Source: Candidatus Bathyarchaeia archaeon (lineage in GTDB: Archaea > Thermoproteota > Bathyarchaeia > Bathyarchaeales > Bathycorpusculaceae). From it: a DNA stretch of 64,000 bases. The notes beneath the pieces are model-generated. The model had not been told where the DNA came from. It saw only the letters and a program-made list of their open reading frames with translations, and did not search any database. The stretch covers positions 1 to 64,000 of the forward strand of contig JBBFKZ010000009.1 of assembly GCA_037481775.1 (NCBI GenBank), in the 5' to 3' direction. Shown piece by piece: positions 11,803-21,887 of the stretch. The stretch's first letter is position 1. The number at the start of each line of letters is the position of its first letter. Both the position numbers and the translations under genes were made by a program.

Positions 11803-13185
11803 ATGAAAATCTGCACTTCGGAAATTGACAATCTGATCGGCATTGAGGTTTACGCCGCTGAAACCGAGGGCATAGGCGGAGTTATACGCCAGTCTGTTGA
11901 CGATTTTAAGGTTGAGGAGGTTCTTGTTGACGGCTCGAAAGCGGCGATTGAAAAGATTACTGAAAGCCGGGTCTTAGGCGCTTCCGGCATCAAGCAGCAT
12001 TATCTGTTGTGCGTTTTGGTTAAGCGAAACTGGGACACTTTCACCGCCATAAAACGGGTGGCCGAGCAGTTAGGCATAAGCCCGCGACAGATTAGCATAG
12101 CTGGAATAAAAGACGCTAAAGCTGTTACCGCACAGCACATCACAATCGAAAACGCCACGACTGAGGACATAGCCAAAGTTAACGTTAGAGACATTGAGCT
12201 TCGCCCTTTGGGCTACATCCGCGAAAAGCTATCACCATACTATCTTCTAGGCAACAATTTTACCATAAAAATCAAAGCAATAAAACTTCCCGAAGCAACC
12301 GCTGCAAAACAGATAGCCGAGACAATAGAGACACTAAACGCGCTTGGTGGGCTTCCAAACTTTTTTGGGCATCAAAGGTTCGGAACAACGCGGCCAATAA
12401 CGCACATCGTTGGGAAAGCCTTGGTCAAAGGTGACTTTGAGGAAGCTGCAATGCAGTTTCTGGCCAACCCAAGCAGCCGTGAACATTCCTCCTCGAGGCA
12501 AGCACGTGAAGCATTGCAGTCAACACGGGACTTTAAGCGTGCATTGCAAAACTTTCCTAGGCATTTGCGTTATGAGCGGCTGATGCTGCAACATTTAGCT
12601 GATCAGCCAGAGGACTTCGTTGGCGCCTTCAAGAGATTGCCCTTTAAGCTTCAAGCACTCTTCGTTCAAGCCTACCAATCCTACCTGTTCAATCGTTTTT
12701 TAAGTGAGAGAATTAAGCAAGGATTATCCTTAAGCAAGGCTGAAATAGGCGATTATGTACTTCGTGTAGATCGCTTAGGGCTACCCATGCCTAATACATC
12801 CAAAGCTGTAAGTTCGGAGACTATCGCCGAGGCTAACGAGCTTATTAAGGCGGGAAAAATGCGAATTGCGCTTCCGCTCGTTGGACCGAAGCAAAAGCTT
12901 GCGGGGGGTATCACAGGGCAAATTGTGCATCGGATTCTCGAGGAAGAAGGCGTCGAAGCGAGCGGTTTTAAAATCACCGCGGTTCCCAGCATAAGCGCGA
13001 GAGGCGGCTTTCGCGCGGTTTTGTCTCCCATCAAGAATTTCAAGTTGGATGCCGTCTCTGTATGCGCTAATGATGACTCTGAACGAGAAGCTAATTTGAG
13101 TTTCACGTTGCAGCGTGGTTCCTACGCAACAGTGCTTCTAAGAGAGATAATGAAACCTCATAGTCCAGATTGCGCTGGCTTTTAG
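11803..13185 (+). CDS. truD: tRNA pseudouridine(13) synthase
   Basis: DFKVEE, AGIKDAKAVTAQ, GNNF, NFFGHQRFG, QAYQSYLFN, GSYATVLLRE. Confidence 0.95.
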   Translation: MKICTSEIDNLIGIEVYAAETEGIGGVIRQSVDDFKVEEVLVDGSKAAIEKITESRVLGASGIKQHYLLCVLVKRNWDTFTAIKRVAEQLGISPRQISIAGIKDAKAVTAQHITIENATTEDIAKVNVRDIELRPLGYIREKLSPYYLLGNNFTIKIKAIKLPEATAAKQIAETIETLNALGGLPNFFGHQRFGTTRPITHIVGKALVKGDFEEAAMQFLANPSSREHSSSRQAREALQSTRDFKRALQNFPRHLRYERLMLQHLADQPEDFVGAFKRLPFKLQALFVQAYQSYLFNRFLSERIKQGLSLSKAEIGDYVLRVDRLGLPMPNTSKAVSSETIAEANELIKAGKMRIALPLVGPKQKLAGGITGQIVHRILEEEGVEASGFKITAVPSISARGGFRAVLSPIKNFKLDAVSVCANDDSEREANLSFTLQRGSYATVLLREIMKPHSPDCAGF

Positions 13186-13361
13186 CTCTGCAAAACAAGC
13201 CTCTCAGTTATCTTCAGTGAGTATTCTCCTGCGGGTTTTGGTCCTCATGCTTGTCGCTTACCTTTGCCTGCATCTTCTAGCAAAACCCTTTTTGCAATAG
13301 CCTAATAGCCGCTTAGTATCTTAGCAGGCTACATAAATAATTCAAGTTTATTCTTGCCGCT

Positions 13362-13889
13362 TTAGATTTTGTCGGTTTTGTTCAAGTCTTTGAGTCTGCT
13401 AACTCCGTCTATTTCGGTTATGAAATCCGCGACGCTTTTAGGAACCATAGTCATCCAGTTTTCGCCTTTAAGCATTTTTTCTCGGACAATTGTTGAGGTG
13501 TAAAGCTTTCTTTGGAAGAACTGTATGCTCTTCACTTTGTAGCCTGCTTCCATGAAAAGCCGACGCGTCAACGGTTCATTAGAGTAAACTACCTTGAAGC
13601 GTGGTGTATACCCTTCAACGGCAGAAACCCATAGCATATGTAAGTGCACATCTGGAACTGGAACAATCCAAATTCGTGATAAATCTATACTTGCTTCTTG
13701 TAGTGCTCTACGAATCATAACCAACCTTTCGCCAGCGGTGAACGGGTTGTTAATGTTGTGACTATACTGGGCGCTACCGATGACTATCACCAGTTCATCA
13801 ACTTCCGCTAAAGCCTCTTTTATAGCCTCAAGATGCCCTAAGTGAAAAGGCTGAAATCTTCCTACGTAAAGTCCACGATTTACCATCAT
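13362..13889 (-). CDS. nadM: Nicotinamide-nucleotide adenylyltransferase
   Basis: GRFQPFHLGH, GSAQYSH, NPFTAGER. Confidence 0.93.
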   Translation of the reverse strand: MMVNRGLYVGRFQPFHLGHLEAIKEALAEVDELVIVIGSAQYSHNINNPFTAGERLVMIRRALQEASIDLSRIWIVPVPDVHLHMLWVSAVEGYTPRFKVVYSNEPLTRRLFMEAGYKVKSIQFFQRKLYTSTIVREKMLKGENWMTMVPKSVADFITEIDGVSRLKDLNKTDKI

Positions 13890-14094
13890 GATGCCTCTTG
13901 CACCTTTGAGGTTGACTGCAAGTGACTTTTATCATTTGCGATTTCAGAACAAAAAGGCTTTCCATGGCTTCCTTATTTCGACTGATTAGAAAAGGCACCC
14001 TTTTAGCTGTCTCGGGCTTCTAGTTTTTAGAGCGAATTCATCATGTGCCCCAGGCGCAAAAGTACTTATATGCAATGGTGATGTTCTCTTATTT

Positions 14095-14709
14095 ATGGTT
14101 CTGAAAAGAGAAGGCGTAATTTTTCTCCTTGGAATAGCTGCTCTGGCAGCGGTTGTAGCCGTGCTTTTTTTGGCTAGCGCTACCAATGCGGAACCAGTGC
14201 GTTTGGTTGTACGATTTTTCGGCTTGTATGGTTACCTATTCCTTAGCGTGGCAACTTTGATAACGCCATTTCTGAAAGAAGTCACACAAACATTCGGCAA
14301 GCCCTTCCTCAAGGTACACCATTCCTTTTCCATAATGGGCATAGTATTCATAACTTTACACCCAGTTTTCAATGCGATAGAACGCCTTAGCCTCTCAGTG
14401 TTCATACCCAACTTCAGTTCATGGGACACTTTTTGGAGACTGGCAGGCAGACCTGCTTTCATCCTATTCTACATCGCGGTTTTTGCTGCCGTATTACGCG
14501 CTAAGGCGCCGAAGTACTGGCGCACTTTCCATGCCTTAATGTACGTAGTATTACTCTTCGGCATAGTGCATGCCAATCTTATTGGTACCGATTTCGAAAA
14601 TTTTGGCGTAATGCTCATCTATAACGCCTTGTTTGCAGCGGCCCTTGCGGCTTTTGCATTAAAAAGATATCGAAAACATCTTATGAAAAAAGATGCGGCT
14701 GTTTTTTAA
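14095..14709 (+). CDS. Ferric-reductase-like (MsrQ-type) heme-binding membrane protein
   Basis: About 6 hydrophobic segments; membrane His in KVHH, LHP, WRTFHAL, IVHA. Confidence 0.65.
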   Translation: MVLKREGVIFLLGIAALAAVVAVLFLASATNAEPVRLVVRFFGLYGYLFLSVATLITPFLKEVTQTFGKPFLKVHHSFSIMGIVFITLHPVFNAIERLSLSVFIPNFSSWDTFWRLAGRPAFILFYIAVFAAVLRAKAPKYWRTFHALMYVVLLFGIVHANLIGTDFENFGVMLIYNALFAAALAAFALKRYRKHLMKKDAAVF

Positions 14710-14815
14710 TAAATGCAAAAGTGAACCCTGTTTTCATGTTCTTTCCATTTGCTTGTTGCCATAAACATTAATTACCCTTTCAACTAAACTCTAACATGAA
14801 AAGGAGCGTAGCAGC

Positions 14816-15565
14816 ATAAACAAAGCAGCCGTTGTCATCAAGGATCTCGTCAAAAAATTTGAGGATGTCACTGCTGTGGACAACCTGAGTCTGCAGGTTG
14901 AAAAAGGCGAACTCTTCGGATTGTTGGGACCAAACGGCGCCGGCAAAACCACAATCATAAATGTTCTCTGCGGCTTGATAAAACCCACAAGCGGCTCAGC
15001 CACGGTGGGCGGTTACGATGTTCAGAAGGAAGCCTCAAAAGTTAAAGCGCTCATAGGCGTCTGCCCTCAAGAAACTGCGCTATACCCTTATCTGACGGGC
15101 ATAGAGAACATTGAATTATTCGGAAATCTTTACACGATGAACAGAGGATCGCTCAAAAAAAGATGCGAACAGTTGCTCAGGAAGATGGGACTTGAGGATG
15201 ATGCCAAACGAAGAGTCGCTAAATACAGCGGCGGCATGAAGCGCCGGTTAAGCCTCATTCTTGCTCTAATTCACGACCCTGAAATAGCATTTTTAGATGA
15301 GCCTACAGTGGCTATGGATCCACAATCAAGGCACGCCGTCTGGGACTTTATAACAGAACTGAAAAAGGGAGACAAAACAATAATTTTGACCACGCACTAC
15401 ATGGAGGAGGCGGAAGAACTGTGTGACCGAGTAGGCATCATAGATCATGGAAAACTCATCGCGCTTGGCGCACCTAAAGATTTGATTTCAAAAAACAACG
15501 TCAAAAACCTGGAAGAAGTATTCATCAAATTAACAGGGCGGAAAATAAGAGAGGAGATCCAATGA
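14816..15565 (+). CDS. ABC transporter ATP-binding protein (DrrA-like exporter); probable ATA start
   Basis: GPNGAGKT, YSGGM, FLDE; conserved N-terminus (IKDLVKKFEDVTAVDNLSL) extends upstream of GTG 14876 to ATA 14816, 9 nt after AAGGAG. Confidence 0.9.
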   Translation: MNKAAVVIKDLVKKFEDVTAVDNLSLQVEKGELFGLLGPNGAGKTTIINVLCGLIKPTSGSATVGGYDVQKEASKVKALIGVCPQETALYPYLTGIENIELFGNLYTMNRGSLKKRCEQLLRKMGLEDDAKRRVAKYSGGMKRRLSLILALIHDPEIAFLDEPTVAMDPQSRHAVWDFITELKKGDKTIILTTHYMEEAEELCDRVGIIDHGKLIALGAPKDLISKNNVKNLEEVFIKLTGRKIREEIQ

Positions 15566-16719
15566 AGCTTCAACGAGTTTTCGCCTTAACCAAAAAGGAA
15601 ATAAAGAAAACCGTTCGAGAACCGGCAGTTCTGTTCATGATTTTCCTGTTTCCCGTAGTCTTCGTCCTCGCATTCGGTGCCTCCTTCGGCGGCGTCGGAG
15701 GCGAACAAGCCGCTTACACTATTGGCGTAGTCAACATGGATCAAGCCACTTCGGTAAACGCGTCGCAGATATTATTGGCAGCGTTGTCTGACACGAAAAT
15801 ACTGAAAATTCAAGTCTACGTTGACAACCAAACTGCACAGAGCGATCTGCTACAGGGAAAAATTCAAGGTGTGATGATAATTCCCAGCGATTTTAGCCAA
15901 AGCTTTGCTTCATATAAGGCAGCCTCAAACAACCCCTGCTTATGGACAAACGCCACCATAGCCTTATACCTGGATCAAGGCTCCATAGTCGCAACTCAAG
16001 CCATACCGCCGATTATCCAGCAAATCCTGGAAACCATCACTGGTCAGGGTCAGCAAGCATATTCAACGCCGTTTCGCTTGGAAATTGCGTCTTTGGTCAC
16101 CGTGGAAGCGCCTTCAGCGTTTGCCTTCATGGCGCCTGGCATGTTTACTTTTGCGTCTATCTTCCTCATAATGATGGTCGCACAATCGTTTACCCAGGAC
16201 CGTGAAAACGGCATGATGAAAAGAATCCGAATTACGCCTACAACGCCAACAGAGTTCATGGCTAGCCAAGTTATATCTTACATGACCATTGCGCTAGCTC
16301 AAGCAGTGCTAGTTTTCATCATGATCTACCTAATGGGCTTTAGACCAAACGTGGAGATACCTGCCTACGCCTTTGCCTTTGCACTAGTGCTGATTTTCTC
16401 GTTATCCAACATTGGATTCGGCTTAATAACAGCCACAATCGCAAAGTCCTCTAACGCGGCAACTGGCCTTTCATTTCTCTTTGTGCTTCCGCAACTGTTC
16501 CTCGGCACTTTCGTCGGTGCGTCTCTCTCTTCGGCAGCACAGGTTGCCGGCAAATTTGTACCCAGCTACTATGTCACTGATGCTCTAACGTCTCTTTTCC
16601 TGAGAGGCTCCCCAATTGCCAGCGCCACCGTGTTACTGGATCTAGCGGTAATTTCCGTTTCCTGCATAGCTATCCTAATAGTTGGCATAGTCCTCTACGG
16701 TAAATACTTTAAAATCTAA
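15562..16719 (+). CDS. ABC-2 type transporter permease
   Basis: ATGA overlap with the ATPase; N-terminal TM, extracellular loop, further TMs; DRENGMMKRI..TP motif. Confidence 0.9.
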   Translation: MKLQRVFALTKKEIKKTVREPAVLFMIFLFPVVFVLAFGASFGGVGGEQAAYTIGVVNMDQATSVNASQILLAALSDTKILKIQVYVDNQTAQSDLLQGKIQGVMIIPSDFSQSFASYKAASNNPCLWTNATIALYLDQGSIVATQAIPPIIQQILETITGQGQQAYSTPFRLEIASLVTVEAPSAFAFMAPGMFTFASIFLIMMVAQSFTQDRENGMMKRIRITPTTPTEFMASQVISYMTIALAQAVLVFIMIYLMGFRPNVEIPAYAFAFALVLIFSLSNIGFGLITATIAKSSNAATGLSFLFVLPQLFLGTFVGASLSSAAQVAGKFVPSYYVTDALTSLFLRGSPIASATVLLDLAVISVSCIAILIVGIVLYGKYFKI

Positions 16720-16891
16720 GCAGAAACATGGGCAGGTAAACTGCGGAATCGCGCAAGCTTAACAAGGGAGAAGTGAAAGGAACCCTTTTACGGCTAAGGT
16801 CCCAGATGGAAAAACCATGTGAGTGGGTCTTCTATAGGTGCTAGAGAATTCGCCTAAAAAGCGGATATAACATGTTGAATAACGCTAGTAT

Positions 16892-17569
16892 TTATTCTCT
16901 GCTTGAGAGTACTGCAATGTAGTCTGCTGTGTCTGCGCACATGTCTGCAGCGTGCTCAATGAACTCGATTAAATCGTCAAATATGACCATGGCTCCGCAA
17001 TTGATTTCTGCACCGTACTTGACAAACAAACTTTTCGTCTTCAGATACTCCTCATCAAGCACATGTTCAATTTCCTCAACTTTTTTGGCTTGAGCCATAG
17101 CCTCCGCGGGATCGGACGATATTTTTTCGATGCTGTTGCGTAGTGTTTGCGCGGTTTCAACAAGTTTTGCCGCCATAAACACCGTTTTAGCGCTTAGTTC
17201 TTGTGGAATTTTTACTTCTTCAAGCATTTCTAAACAGCGTGCGGCGTCTTTTGTGTGGTCCGCCAGTGTGTCCAACCTTTTAACGAGATGCAGTAAGTCT
17301 TCGCGGTAGTCAGCCACCAGCGCTGCGCCTTTGGACAATTCCATGAAAACTTCTGTCCGCAACCTGTCCACTTCTTCTTCAGCCTTATACAGGTTTGCGA
17401 CATGCTTCTTGGACTCGGCAAAGTTGCCTTCAGAGAAGCTTTTGATAGCTCTGTGAAGCCACGTTACCGTATCAAAGGCTTTTGTTATCTGCTCGTGAGC
17501 TAATTCTAACGCCTTAGTTTTACGACGCTTCTCAAACCAATTATAGCTTTTTCTTTCCACCGAGTGCAT
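16892..17569 (-). CDS. DUF47 / PhoU-like phosphate transport regulator family
   Basis: Duplicated helical repeats EEEVDRLR / EEIEHVLD, REDLLHL..LD.LAD, AADMCADTAD; GTG 17560 is better spaced from the SD. Confidence 0.85.
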   Translation of the reverse strand: MHSVERKSYNWFEKRRKTKALELAHEQITKAFDTVTWLHRAIKSFSEGNFAESKKHVANLYKAEEEVDRLRTEVFMELSKGAALVADYREDLLHLVKRLDTLADHTKDAARCLEMLEEVKIPQELSAKTVFMAAKLVETAQTLRNSIEKISSDPAEAMAQAKKVEEIEHVLDEEYLKTKSLFVKYGAEINCGAMVIFDDLIEFIEHAADMCADTADYIAVLSSRE

Positions 17570-18061
17570 CTCCTCTTATCACTATTTGCTACTGTAAACA
17601 TATAACCCTTCTTGTAATCCCCATTCATCCTGAACTGACTGTTAGCATTTTCTCCACCTTTAGCGGGGTTTACTAATGTTGGTAAGTTAATGCTATTTAG
17701 GCCAGTTATGCCAAGCACGCATCAATTGCCAAAAACCAGTCTACAGAGCCCACATCACGCACATATGTTTGCCTTTGCTTTTTCCTCTTTTCACGTATAG
17801 CCATATTCTCACCTTGCTTCATGCTCTGTAATGGGTGAACTGCGTGGGCTTAACAATTCGGCTTTCCCTTTTCCCCGCTTCAGCTTTTTCCATCACAATG
17901 ACCCAGGATGTAAAACAGTTGCGTTTGCACTTATTTAGCATCTCCAAATATTATCTATAACTCCCTTTAGTCTATATAGTCCCATTTCAAAAAACCTAGT
18001 ACACTTAAACCCCGTTTTCAGTCACTCCAATAAAGATGCACGCTTGTTAAATTCGTCCGTG

Positions 18062-18526
18062 TTATGGCCTTTGTCTTCCCTTTTCCGAAACCCAGTATTC
18101 AGTTACTGCGCCTTTTGAATCAATAATTTGCTCTTTTTTGAATACGGGAGCCTCTTTTTTGTAGCGTTCTACGGCTTCTCGCAAAACTGGAAACACGTCT
18201 GCACGATGGGAACCAGCAACTGAAACATAAACGAGGTCTTCGCCGATGTTGAATTCGCCTAATAGATGGTGAATTTGGACATCTACTATGCCAGGCTTCT
18301 GCATCAATTCGTTGCAGAGTTTTTCGAGAACCTCATTTGCTTTTTCTTCGTATGCTTCCAGCATCAGCTTTTGCACTTTTTCCCCCTCCAGTGTCTCGCC
18401 GCGGGCAACACCGATGAAAAGCGCTATGGCGCCCACTTTATCGTATTTGCTGTTCTCTTTAATGTTCTTAAGTAGGTCTGAAACTGAAAATGCTCCTTTT
18501 TGATGGACACCTGCATGGTGCGTCAA
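18062..18526 (-). CDS. moaE: Molybdopterin synthase catalytic subunit
   Basis: GAIALFIGVAR, LEAYEEKA, HHLLG, HRADVF, KKEAPVFKKE. Confidence 0.9.
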   Translation of the reverse strand: MTHHAGVHQKGAFSVSDLLKNIKENSKYDKVGAIALFIGVARGETLEGEKVQKLMLEAYEEKANEVLEKLCNELMQKPGIVDVQIHHLLGEFNIGEDLVYVSVAGSHRADVFPVLREAVERYKKEAPVFKKEQIIDSKGAVTEYWVSEKGRQRP

Positions 18527-18649
18527 ACTTGTCTCTCCTTAAGTTGATCTGCACTCTACAATTTACTTCGCATCTAAAGAAATTTCCGCATTCTTGAACA
18601 GCTAACCTACACTAATCAAAATTGCATTGCATAACACTTTTAGCTGTTG

Positions 18650-19047
18650 CTACAATTTTTTATGTTCTTTATTTTGTTGGTGATGAATTGTGGCAGGACA
18701 ACCGCTGCAACCGTATTCTGACCTTAAAGGACAGTTTTTACAGTTAGCGCCACATGGAGCAGTATCCGTTTTCTTTTTAGGAAGCCTAGGCGTAAACTTA
18801 GGATGCAAAACATTCCTAACCATGTGGACTGTTGCTTTTTCTAAACCTATTTCCTTCGGGTTTGTTTCAGGATATTTTAGCCACCATTCTTTTTCTGAAG
18901 GAACAACATAGACAAAGTAAATTATGTTCGCAGTTGTTCCCAAAACAATGAGGTTGGGACAGTTTTTCATGTTTTCCGCGCGACTGTTTGCTTCTTCGGC
19001 GAGCTTGCTTCGCCGATCATTATACCACAAATATTTTTGGTTGACAT
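18650..19047 (-). pseudogene. Cys-rich hypothetical protein with an apparent frameshift near the 5' end
   Basis: SD GGAG + ATG 19047 reads MSTKNICGIMIGEASS, 17 nt out of frame with the downstream ORF (EEANSRAENMKNCP...APCGANCKNC...CSGCPAT). Confidence 0.55.
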
Positions 19048-19183
19048 CAAACTCCGCGTTCCTTAACTTCTTTTTAAGAAACTCGCCTTTTAATCATTTT
19101 TCAACTGAAAATTGGAAATGCAAAAGACAATTTTGTAAGAAACTGCTGGAACTACAATTATTTAATAGATGCTGAGGAACTGT

Positions 19184-19807
19184 TTATGCTTGTTTTGCTT
19201 CTTGCAATGCTGGCTGAACGGCCTTAGTTGGCTGCGCGACTAGTTTGGATTTTCTGATGCCCACGTGCCTGAGTGGTGCCACCTTTTTGGCTATATTGTA
19301 AACGTCTGATGCAATCTTTCCCAGAACCATCTCTTGGACGAACTGGTCTAGCGTCAGTAAATTAGCTTTTTCCTTGACAGTTTTTTCCATTATACTTCGG
19401 ATAATTTTTTCTTGGGATGTTTTGATGCGTGCAAGCGTAAGTGCTGAAATTGCCACCCTCAGTTTATAGCCGTCTTTGGTGGTTATATTGAAGATTCCAT
19501 CCACTTTTGTTGTTCTACGCCTAACTAAGCTGCGCAGATAATCGCGAGAGTATTCATGGCCCTTGAATATTGTGCGGGCGGTTTTTCCCTCCACCTCGCT
19601 TATTTGGAAGAATAGTTTCATGTTTTGGTGAGAAAAATCACTGGTTATGTCGTAGAGTGTGGCTTCAACAACTCTTCCGATAAGTTGCTCTGGCTCTTCT
19701 GCTGGAACCGTGCCTAACTCGACGTTTCCAAAGAAGGATGGCGCAACCACTAAGTACCATGCTTTGCCTCGCCACTTATCGCGCATTTGTTTAGCTTTTG
19801 AAGACAA
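19184..19807 (-). CDS. rps3ae: 30S ribosomal protein S3Ae (eS1)
   Basis: RDKWRGKAWY..AP..F, RDYLRSLVRR, PLRHVGIRKSK; TTG start. Confidence 0.97.
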   Translation of the reverse strand: MSSKAKQMRDKWRGKAWYLVVAPSFFGNVELGTVPAEEPEQLIGRVVEATLYDITSDFSHQNMKLFFQISEVEGKTARTIFKGHEYSRDYLRSLVRRRTTKVDGIFNITTKDGYKLRVAISALTLARIKTSQEKIIRSIMEKTVKEKANLLTLDQFVQEMVLGKIASDVYNIAKKVAPLRHVGIRKSKLVAQPTKAVQPALQEAKQA

Positions 19808-19857
19808 GTTTATCCTCCAAACGTGGCATCATGAATCTCAAGGCAGTATTAAAAGTT

Positions 19858-21147
19858 TTACCGTTCAACGCTTATCTTCTCGATGTCATGCATGTATTTT
19901 CTCAGGACTTTGGGAACTACCACAGAGCCGTCTTCCTGCTGAAAATTCTCCAATATCGCAACTATGGTCCTGCCTGTAGCTATAGCGGTAGAATTCAAAG
20001 TATGCACAAACCCTTTCGGTGGCGCGCCTTCCTTCTCCCGATAGCGGATGCGCAGCCGCCTAGCTTGGTAATCTGTGCAGTTGCTGCATGAAACTACTTC
20101 TCTGTAGGCGTTCTGCGCGGGCATCCAAACTTCGATATCATATTTTTTGGCCGCTACTGTTCCAATGTCACCTGTGCAAACGTTAACTACCCGATAAGGC
20201 AAACCCAGCTTCTGGATGAGTTCTTCCGCGTTATGGACGAGTTCCTCATGAAGCTTCCATGAGTCTTCAGGCGTGCAAAAAATAAACTGTTCTATCTTGT
20301 TGAACTGGTGTGTTCGAAATATCCCGCGTGTATCTTTACCGTGGGCTCCAGCCTCTTTTCTGAAGCAAGCGCTTATCCCCACAAGTCTAAGAGGTAACTC
20401 TTCTTCCTTGAACACTTCGTCCATGAACATTGCCGCCATGGGATGCTCCGAAGTCGCGATTAAATACAAGTCTTCATTTTCAATTTTGTATAATACGTCT
20501 GCAAAGTCGCTTAGCGCCGTGACGCCTTCGTAGGCGTCTCGCCTCATCAGGTACGGTGGCTGAATGGGAACGTAGCCTTTCTTATTCATTTCTTCCATAG
20601 CAAAACTCATCAGTGCCATATCCAAAAGCACGCCTTCTCTCTTTAGGTAAAAGAATCTTGAGCCGGCGATTTTTCCTGCTCTCTCCACATCAATTATATC
20701 CAAGTTTAGGCCTATGTCTATGTGATTTTTAACGGCAAAATCGAATTTGGGAATTGTGCCCCATTTTCTAACTTGAACATTGTCGTTTTCATCTTTGCCA
20801 AGTGGTACAGTTTCATGTAGCAAATTCGGGAGTCGCATGAGATAGTCCCGTATTTTCTCTTCTGCTTTGGTTACTTCTGTCTGTATTTTTGTGATTTCTG
20901 TGTCAATGGTCTTTGCTTTCTCAACTTTGCTACCAGCGTCTTTTCCAGCTTTTTTTAGAGTAGCGATTTCTGTGGTTATTAGTTTTCTTTCGTGGCGAAG
21001 TTCATTTAGCTTTGTTAAGTTCCTTCGCCATTCGCTGTCAATAGCAATAAGTTCCTCAAGCATTTTGATGATTTCAGGGTTTCCTCTTTTCATTAAATTG
21101 CTCTTCACGAATTCAGGATTTTCACGAATAAGCTTGACATCTAACAT
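19858..21147 (-). CDS. serS: Seryl-tRNA synthetase (bacterial/eukaryal type)
   Basis: MLDVKLIREN, ATSEHP, CFRKEAG, RTHQFNKIEQ, SCSNCTDYQARRL, TLNST. Confidence 0.98.
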   Translation of the reverse strand: MLDVKLIRENPEFVKSNLMKRGNPEIIKMLEELIAIDSEWRRNLTKLNELRHERKLITTEIATLKKAGKDAGSKVEKAKTIDTEITKIQTEVTKAEEKIRDYLMRLPNLLHETVPLGKDENDNVQVRKWGTIPKFDFAVKNHIDIGLNLDIIDVERAGKIAGSRFFYLKREGVLLDMALMSFAMEEMNKKGYVPIQPPYLMRRDAYEGVTALSDFADVLYKIENEDLYLIATSEHPMAAMFMDEVFKEEELPLRLVGISACFRKEAGAHGKDTRGIFRTHQFNKIEQFIFCTPEDSWKLHEELVHNAEELIQKLGLPYRVVNVCTGDIGTVAAKKYDIEVWMPAQNAYREVVSCSNCTDYQARRLRIRYREKEGAPPKGFVHTLNSTAIATGRTIVAILENFQQEDGSVVVPKVLRKYMHDIEKISVER

Positions 21148-21308
21148 CTTTATCACAAGCTACTCTTTATTTTGAAGCCAATTTAGCTATTAATTTTGCT
21201 ATGTGAAAAACCAACAAAAAAGGTACAAAATGAGGTTAACATTTTGGTAAAAATCAAAAAATGGAAGAGAATTTAAAACATGTATTCCTTGTTTAGCTCT
21301 GCTTTGGT

Positions 21309-21596
21309 TTACTTTTTGGTCAGTGTTATTTCCATCGTTGAGACCATGCGGCTTTTGTTTTCGCCTTCCCTCGGCGGCATCTCAGCAGTGCCAATGGCTA
21401 TGCTGCTAACCTTCAAATCCTTCATGAAGCGGTTCCTAGCTATCTCAGCCACGTCAACAGCCGTCGTAATCGCCTGCCCACGAGCCTTCAACGTTATCTG
21501 CTTAGCATTGCCGGAAGAGAAAGCCGTTATGATAGCCAGCACATAACTCATCGGAGGCTTATTCCCAACGAAGATAACATCAGAGTTGTCAGCCAT
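21309..21596 (-). CDS. alba: DNA/RNA-binding chromatin protein Alba
   Basis: IFVGNKPPMSYV, KARGQAITTAVDVAE, VSTMEI. Confidence 0.95.
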   Translation of the reverse strand: MADNSDVIFVGNKPPMSYVLAIITAFSSGNAKQITLKARGQAITTAVDVAEIARNRFMKDLKVSSIAIGTAEMPPREGENKSRMVSTMEITLTKK

Positions 21597-21887
21597 TTTA
21601 TTCACTCCTTTTTATTGTTTCTTTTGTGTAATGTTGCTGTTTACGCGTTTCTGTCGGTGACAGAACGTTACTGCCTATATAATTTGTATCTTCCTTATAA
21701 GTCAATTGCCTAAAAGAGCTATAATGAAATTATAAATTCAACCATAAATTTACATTATGAATAGCGCGCTATCGTTTTCAAGAGCAAGTTTAATCGGCAA
21801 ACATGTGTTGTATTAAAAACTTGAACTACGGCACAGCCCAGTTTAAATAATAAGCCTCAGCATACAAAATACAAGAGTGGATAAACG

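Noticed and set aside
13200-13250. Possible C/D box sRNA on the minus strand (ATGAGGA...CTGA...CTGA)
   Set aside because: Box spacing does not fit the archaeal dual-guide layout and no C' box is evident.
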